Of a stretch of 20,000 bases of DNA, positions 15,552-20,000 are shown one piece after another. Numbering within the stretch: position 1 is the first letter of the stretch; each line of letters opens with the position of its first letter. The stretch covers positions 45,138-65,137 of the IMG/VR virus record IMGVR_UViG_3300029787_000028. One strand, written 5' to 3'. The position numbers were made by a program, and so were the translations under genes. The notes below the pieces were generated by a model, which was given only the letters and a program-made list of their open reading frames with translations, was not told the DNA's origin and searched no databases. The DNA comes from an uncultured virus (IMG/VR IMGVR_UViG_3300029787_000028) (taxonomy: Duplodnaviria > Heunggongvirae > Uroviricota > Caudoviricetes > Crassvirales).

Positions 15552-16144
15552 AGCTCACGAATCATAAGCCATACGACGGCCTGCAAATGTGCAGGTGCAT
15601 ACCCCATGTCATGTGACATACGTTGGAACCTGCGTTCCATGATGTCATACTGCTTGGGTGTGACGGTGGTTTCAAGGGGCTTGCGCTTGTTTGATACACT
15701 TTGGAATGCCAATAACATCCATGAATCAATTGTAACAGCATTCATGTCTTTTGCACCCACATTTAGAGCGAAGCGATGGGTCTTTCGACTCGTTTCTTGG
15801 ATTGACTTGGTGCCTTTGGCAATGTTGAAAGCCTTGATTTTGTTCGTGTCAAATGTCGAACACTTCACCATGTCATGTGATACGTTGTCACGAACTGCTT
15901 GACATACGTTCCATGCGTCAATCTTGTTGCGTTCCCACTTGTTTCTTGGGGAGAGGGCTGAGATGACACCCCCTGCCATAACAGGGGAGATGTCAAACTT
16001 GTTAGCCATACTCAAAGCGAACTGCTGGGCTTCGTCATACCATACGAGGCCGTCTTGCTTCATGTCATGTGATGCCATGTCATGCCAATGTGATACGTTA
16101 CGCCGCATCTTGGACAGCGTCTTGTCAAATGTTTGTGGATTCAT
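15542..16144 (-). CDS. Phage protein resembling the HhH-GPD DNA-glycosylase-like superfamily
   Basis: WYDEA...ISALSPRNKWERN...KTHRF...VTIDSW...QY...LQAVVW pattern. Likely start MNPQTF (16144). Confidence 0.55.
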   Translation of the reverse strand: MNPQTFDKTLSKMRRNVSHWHDMASHDMKQDGLVWYDEAQQFALSMANKFDISPVMAGGVISALSPRNKWERNKIDAWNVCQAVRDNVSHDMVKCSTFDTNKIKAFNIAKGTKSIQETSRKTHRFALNVGAKDMNAVTIDSWMLLAFQSVSNKRKPLETTVTPKQYDIMERRFQRMSHDMGYAPAHLQAVVWLMIRELWT

Positions 16145-16293
16145 TGCTGTTGATTGTTCAAGTATGCCAAAGCATTCTTGATGGTGGTACATTGTGGCAC
16201 ATTTTCTGTTGTGCCGTCAGTGAAGTGCAACTTGTTGAGTTCTGGGGCATATGCATGGCGCTCAAGCCCAAGGATAGGATGGATTCTTTTCAT
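16141..16293 (-). CDS. Small hypothetical protein (50 aa, not in ORF track)
   Basis: MKRIHPILGLERHAYAPELNKLHFTDG...*, ATGA-coupled on both sides. Confidence 0.6.
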   Translation of the reverse strand: MKRIHPILGLERHAYAPELNKLHFTDGTTENVPQCTTIKNALAYLNNQQQ

Positions 16294-16580
16294 GCTGTTT
16301 GCTTTGTGAGTTCGACGAAGTTGTCACCCCAATTGTCACACATGATCGTGTGCCTGCTCCCATCATACCCTGTACATACGGGGTTGAAGCCTGTGATTTC
16401 GAGGTGTTGAAGGGCTTGCTTCAATGGGTCACCAATGGCGTAATCATATGACATGACTATGGTGTCTGTGTGGCTGAACTCCTTTGCGGCAGGTTCAATG
16501 ATTGCAACTCTGGCACCAAGGGTGTTGGTGGGGCCAAGGAAGGCTACCTCAAGAAGGCGGTAGTTAGGTGTATCTGACAT
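16290..16580 (-). CDS. Phage early hypothetical protein
   Basis: 96-aa ORF with an FLGPTNTLGARV motif. Confidence 0.7.
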   Translation of the reverse strand: MSDTPNYRLLEVAFLGPTNTLGARVAIIEPAAKEFSHTDTIVMSYDYAIGDPLKQALQHLEITGFNPVCTGYDGSRHTIMCDNWGDNFVELTKQTA

Positions 16581-16592
16581 GATATGTGAAGT

Positions 16593-16805
16593 TTACTTGG
16601 TACGAAATTCTTTGAAGGCGATTCTGGCTTCGCCAAGGGCGTCGAGTTGTCTTTCGAGACGTTCGATTGTCCATTTTGCCTGCTCCATGATGTCCTTTTG
16701 GGCATGGAGGGCACGCTTGGTGGATTGCCAAACTTCTTCCTGTTTGTCCAGAGAGTCCATAAAGTCCAGCTCTGCTGGGTCAAAGGTCATGTGTGTATCT
16801 GACAT
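16593..16805 (-). CDS. Small coiled-coil protein
   Basis: 70 aa. Shares a 21-bp start region with the 16580 gene. Confidence 0.65.
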   Translation of the reverse strand: MSDTHMTFDPAELDFMDSLDKQEEVWQSTKRALHAQKDIMEQAKWTIERLERQLDALGEARIAFKEFRTK

Positions 16806-16815
16806 GATATGTGTA

Positions 16816-16920
16816 TTAGAGGCCTGAGCCGTTGTTCATGTTGAGCCAATCGTTCAACAGATTCCACAGAATCAACGTGGATATGATGATGACGCAAACG
16901 GAGATGATGGATGAAAGCAT
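16816..16920 (-). CDS. Small membrane peptide (34 aa)
   Basis: MLSSIISVCVIIISTLILWNLLNDWLNMNNGSGL*. Confidence 0.45.
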   Translation of the reverse strand: MLSSIISVCVIIISTLILWNLLNDWLNMNNGSGL

Positions 16921-17014
16921 GGGGCATAAAAATTTTGGTGAGGACGGCCCTCATTATCTTAGACTTGATTGTTGGGGGCACACATCACATCATATGATAT
17001 GCACCCCCTTCACA

Positions 17015-17644
17015 TCACATCAACTCTGAAAGCTGACGGAGGGACAGGTCGCTGAAGCTGACTTCGTTGGCCGTTCCATCCAATGGGAACTCCAAATCAA
17101 GCTTCGCTTGGAAAGCCTTCAGCACCTCTTCCTTTTGAGCCTTCGCCCTTTGTGTGATACGTTCCGTGCTTCCGTTGGCCTTGCTGACCTCAGCGACAGC
17201 TTTCTGTGCTTCCTTGACGGAAGCCTTGGGCTTGTGCTTGGATGGTGTGATAGGTGTATCAGGGCGGCCATGGAAGGCTTTCTCTTGGCGGTCAGCTACC
17301 CTTTGGGTAGGGGTGGCTTTCTTGGTCGTCGTCTTACGACGCTTTGGCTTGGCCTTGGCTTTGGGCTTGGTCACCTTTGGTGGCTCTTGTGTCATACCCT
17401 GTGATACGAGGAACTGCTTGAACAACTCCATCATCTCATCAGCCCCTTGGGGCTGATCTGTGTGTGATACCTTAGGCTTGGGTGCCTTGGGTTTGGGGAG
17501 TTCGACTGCTTCAACGAACTCAAGGAGTTCATTGATGGCCTTTCGAGCAGCCCCTTTCTTCACCTTGGAAGGTGAGAAGTAGAACTCATTGACTGAGACA
17601 GACACTGCCTTCAGCAGTGAAACACGATTGGTTGACTTTTTCAT
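17015..17644 (-). CDS. Lys/Pro/Ala-rich basic early protein (possible DNA-binding, histone H1-like composition)
   Basis: PKPKAPKPK and KPKAKAKPKRRKTTTKKA tracts. Confidence 0.7.
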   Translation of the reverse strand: MKKSTNRVSLLKAVSVSVNEFYFSPSKVKKGAARKAINELLEFVEAVELPKPKAPKPKVSHTDQPQGADEMMELFKQFLVSQGMTQEPPKVTKPKAKAKPKRRKTTTKKATPTQRVADRQEKAFHGRPDTPITPSKHKPKASVKEAQKAVAEVSKANGSTERITQRAKAQKEEVLKAFQAKLDLEFPLDGTANEVSFSDLSLRQLSELM

Positions 17645-17684
17645 TGAAAATGAATTTGAAAATGTGAAGTTTGAAGTTGAAAGG

Positions 17685-17740
17685 GAGGGGTCGTTACTGA
17701 CACTGTTCGTAAGAACTCACAGTGTCTGTAACTCCCCCTC
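17685..17740. repeat. Long imperfect hairpin
   Basis: GAGGGG..GTTAC.GACACTGT-(12 nt)-ACAGTGTC.GTAAC..CCCCTC. Confidence 0.8.
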
Positions 17741-17750
17741 TGTTGGTTGG

Positions 17751-17891
17751 TCAGTCCATCAACTCGTTGATGATGGCTTGCTGAAGGTCTGTCGAGAGTT
17801 CAAGGAACTCCGCATCATACCACAGGGTGGCAGGTGAAGGAGTCCAGAAGATTTCAAGCAAGGCTTGAACTTTGAGGGTTGAATTATCCAT
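17751..17891 (-). CDS. Small hypothetical protein (46 aa)
   Basis: Likely start MDNSTLK (17891), following the conserved leader GTCAAACTTCACAATCATCTTCG. Confidence 0.6.
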   Translation of the reverse strand: MDNSTLKVQALLEIFWTPSPATLWYDAEFLELSTDLQQAIINELMD

Positions 17892-17920
17892 CGAAGATGA
17901 TTGTGAAGTTTGACAAGGGA

Positions 17921-17946
17921 TAAACAGACCCCCCAAAGGGGGTCTG
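17921..17946 (-). terminator. Hairpin, terminator-like or RNA-stabilising
   Basis: CAGACCCCC-TTTG-GGGGGTCTG (9-bp stem) followed by TTTA, 12 nt after the stop at 17958. Confidence 0.55.
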
Positions 17947-17957
17947 AGATACTGCTT

Positions 17958-18386
17958 TCAGCAGTGGTTGAAGAACTTGATTTTCTCTTCCAAAGGAAGA
18001 GAGCGAGCCCACTTACATTCCTCTTCGAGGACATCTTGGAATTTCATTCCAAAGGGTTGTAGCAGAGCTACAATGTTTCTGAACTCAACAACTGTGTTGT
18101 TGACTCTGTCAGAAGCAGCGAAGTAAACTTCGCCATCTTCGACATCGACTTCAAACAAGGTTCCCTTGTCAGTTTGGTACTGAGCAAATTGAACAAGTTC
18201 AAATTGCTGCTCTTCCAACTCTTCGAGTTGTGACTCGACTTCGTCGAATACTGCCTTCGGCAGCTTGATGTCCTTCGGACATTCGAAGACTCTGATGATT
18301 TCGTCAACGACGTAGTCGTTGTTGAACAGGGCTACAACTTCGTTGTAAGAGTACTGCTTCGCAGTAGGTTGAATTGATGTGTTCAT
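17958..18386 (-). CDS. First early gene, acidic hypothetical protein (142 aa)
   Basis: Likely start MNTSIQP (18386), downstream of the promoter at 18428. Rich in E/D. Confidence 0.7.
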   Translation of the reverse strand: MNTSIQPTAKQYSYNEVVALFNNDYVVDEIIRVFECPKDIKLPKAVFDEVESQLEELEEQQFELVQFAQYQTDKGTLFEVDVEDGEVYFAASDRVNNTVVEFRNIVALLQPFGMKFQDVLEEECKWARSLPLEEKIKFFNHC

Positions 18387-18427
18387 CGTAGATGAATTGT
18401 GAAGTTTGACTGGCAACATTGCCGCCA

Positions 18428-18459
18428 CAAAGGTATGGGCAACTTCTGGCAAAATCCAA
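18428..18459 (-). promoter_or_regulatory. Bacteroidota housekeeping promoter for the early arm
   Basis: Minus strand reads TTG-21 nt-TACCTTTG (18428-18435). Confidence 0.75.
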
Positions 18460-18985
18460 CCCTCTTCTTACTGCGCGATTTTTCCCGCGTGAAGGTTACG
18501 AAGTAACCCGTGCGAAAACAGGCGAAGAAGTGGCCTCGCGCCCAAGCATCATGCGGCGTATGTGCGAGGTTCGACGTTGTTAGTGTTAGTTGGTTGGGAT
18601 AGTCAATAGCAAACCCTGTACGTTACTGTATGTGGTCCTTTGGACTGCGCGTGGTAAGGCGTAGGGGTTTTGTCCCCCTGATGGAATTGTCAATACTTTC
18701 CAGGGATTTGGCAGGGCCTTGGCCTTTCTCTTCCGTTGTTAGAACCCCTTGGGGTTCCAACAAAGCTGAAAAGATGTGGCAAAGTTGACCAAAGGTCAAG
18801 GGGAGGGGGGTCTCGCAGCGCATTTGTGTATGCAGGTGTAGACGTACACAGGTGTATATAATCCCCACGGTGCGTATTTCTCCGCTTTTTTCTCAATGAT
18901 CGTTCGCTCATCGACTTCGAGTGGGAGCATTAACCACAGCCTGATCAAACACTTACACCCTGTTGCTTCTAGTGGCTGTTCAGGG

Positions 18986-19016
18986 TTGACTTTTAAAATT
19001 TTCTAGTATAACTTTG
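18986..19016 (+). promoter_or_regulatory. Bacteroidota promoter, also matching the sigma70 -35/-10 pattern
   Basis: TTG(18986)-20 nt-TAACTTTG(19009-19016), with overlapping TTGACT...TATAAC. Confidence 0.65.
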
Positions 19017-19145
19017 CTAAACTATTTAGAAGGTTGTCACTGTACAGATGGTTGTGTGTGCACACAAAGCTGATGCGCGTACTCTCGTGGGTAACAACTA
19101 TTACTATAACGCAGGGATAGCTGTGTTTTGTGCGTAACCAGGCTG

Positions 19146-19175
19146 TTGTAGTCCTCTGCAGAACGTTTATATTTG
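19146..19175 (+). promoter_or_regulatory. Bacteroidota promoter immediately before ATG 19181
   Basis: TTG(19146)-19 nt-TATATTTG(19168-19175). Confidence 0.65.
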
Positions 19176-19180
19176 CAGGT

Positions 19181-20000
19181 ATGAGATCTAAAGTCAAGAG
19201 AAAGCGTGGTTTGCAGCCTATTAAGAGGTATGAGCATGGTGGCCCGCATGATGTTCTTGGAAATCCTATCCCACCAGCATCCAGGGCTGACACCGCTAGG
19301 CTTGTAAGTGCGGGTCAGGCGCAGATGCAGGAGCTTTTAGATCAGGGGTATATTCCTTTTGGTGAGTCAGCCATTAAAGACACTGACACCAGAACAGACT
19401 GGGTTAGTGCTGATAGAGGATTCTTTGCAGATAACAGCATACTTCTAGGTGAGATTGAAGATGCCATGCTTGAAAAGCCATGGTTGGCGTACAAGATGTA
19501 TCCTCCTGGATATTCTGCATTGGTTGCAGATGATCTGGACTGGAGCAGCGGATTCTTTTCAAAGTACGCTAGGAAGGTAGAGAAGTTTGTTGAAGACAAC
19601 CAGAGGAAATACTTTAGAGATCGCCCATTTAGTCAACTTAAAGAAAGTCTAGAAGAACTTTTAGAAAACAAAGATCAGAGCTCTTTCTACAGAGTAACGC
19701 AATCTTTAAACAGATTTGTAGATCTAGCCAAGCAGTTTCCTGGGAGAAATGACGATATGCTTTATACAGAGAGCATAAAGGATGCTGTTGGTGATTTGAG
19801 ATCTTACGATCAAAAGCTAGAACGACTTAATGCAGTTCAAGATTTTGCTGAGATCCCCGTTTTCCCATTGGACGACGAGGGCAACAGAAGAAGACAGACT
19901 GTAGAAGAAGAGTACGGGAGGTCTATTGACAGCTCTCCTGCGAAATTTGGAGGCACAAGATCTAAAGAAGATGCTCGATTCTACAGAGAAATTAACAGAT
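19181..20000 (+). CDS. Hypothetical protein with RYEHGGPHD motif, 3'-truncated (missing from ORF track)
   Basis: Frame translated by hand is open from ATG 19181 to the window end: MRSKVKRKRGLQPIKRYEHGGPHDVLGNPIPP... Confidence 0.8.
   Translation, partial: MRSKVKRKRGLQPIKRYEHGGPHDVLGNPIPPASRADTARLVSAGQAQMQELLDQGYIPFGESAIKDTDTRTDWVSADRGFFADNSILLGEIEDAMLEKPWLAYKMYPPGYSALVADDLDWSSGFFSKYARKVEKFVEDNQRKYFRDRPFSQLKESLEELLENKDQSSFYRVTQSLNRFVDLAKQFPGRNDDMLYTESIKDAVGDLRSYDQKLERLNAVQDFAEIPVFPLDDEGNRRRQTVEEEYGRSIDSSPAKFGGTRSKEDARFYREINR

Noticed and set aside
16787..16981. His-rich 64-aa ORF (possible metal-binding peptide)
   Set aside because: The His run is the alternative reading of an ATC-rich TM peptide (16816-16920), which fits the gene spacing better. 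Not fully excluded.
5354..17837. Numerous + strand ORFs across the early/replication arm
   Set aside because: Antisense shadows of a fully tiled, coupled minus-strand gene array.
15312..18410. CRISPR-like array from the repeated leader motifs
   Set aside because: Repeats are short and irregularly spaced by whole genes (hundreds of bp), and no cas genes are present.
18623..19599. Minus-strand ORFs in the control region and opposite the 19181 gene
   Set aside because: No protein-like features. They overlap promoters or are antisense to the open + frame.
1..20000. Stop-codon reassignment as in some crAss-like phages (the gene stops I checked were TGA/TAA)
   Set aside because: Genes tile completely under code 11, with no ORFs broken by in-frame TAG or TGA.

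Overview
This is a 20-kb segment of a tailed dsDNA phage that most likely infects a Bacteroidota (Flavobacteriia-like, probably aquatic) host. The host call rests on four TTG-N19-21-TAnnTTTG Bacteroidota housekeeping promoters, an apparent lack of Shine-Dalgarno sites, a BT4734/VirE-N-type primase and a T9SS sorting domain. Positions 1-4859 (+) are the end of a putative late arm: holin, an RYEHGGxHD-motif protein, then four tightly coupled genes for envelope-targeted proteins. Positions 4861-18386 (-) form the early/middle arm. In transcription order it runs through many tiny early genes, a DnaA-IV-like HTH protein, SSAP, HTH protein, exonuclease, SSB, an Nmad1-like protein, primase-helicase, an endonuclease I-like resolvase and a PD-(D/E)xK nuclease. 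A non-coding divergent control region occupies about 18440-19180, and another RYEHGGxHD-motif gene starts at 19181 (+). The best candidate for an undescribed system is the phage-encoded cell-surface module at 1035-4859: a Cys-rich T9SS cargo, a predicted outer-membrane beta-barrel, a small membrane protein and an exported thioredoxin-like protein lacking CxxC. Other notable signals are strong CCGR/YCGG avoidance, a repeated TCAAACTTCACA leader motif with large hairpins, a 65-nt tRNA-like element and repeated DNA motifs embedded in early genes. All calls come from manual reading and motif recognition; no searches were run.
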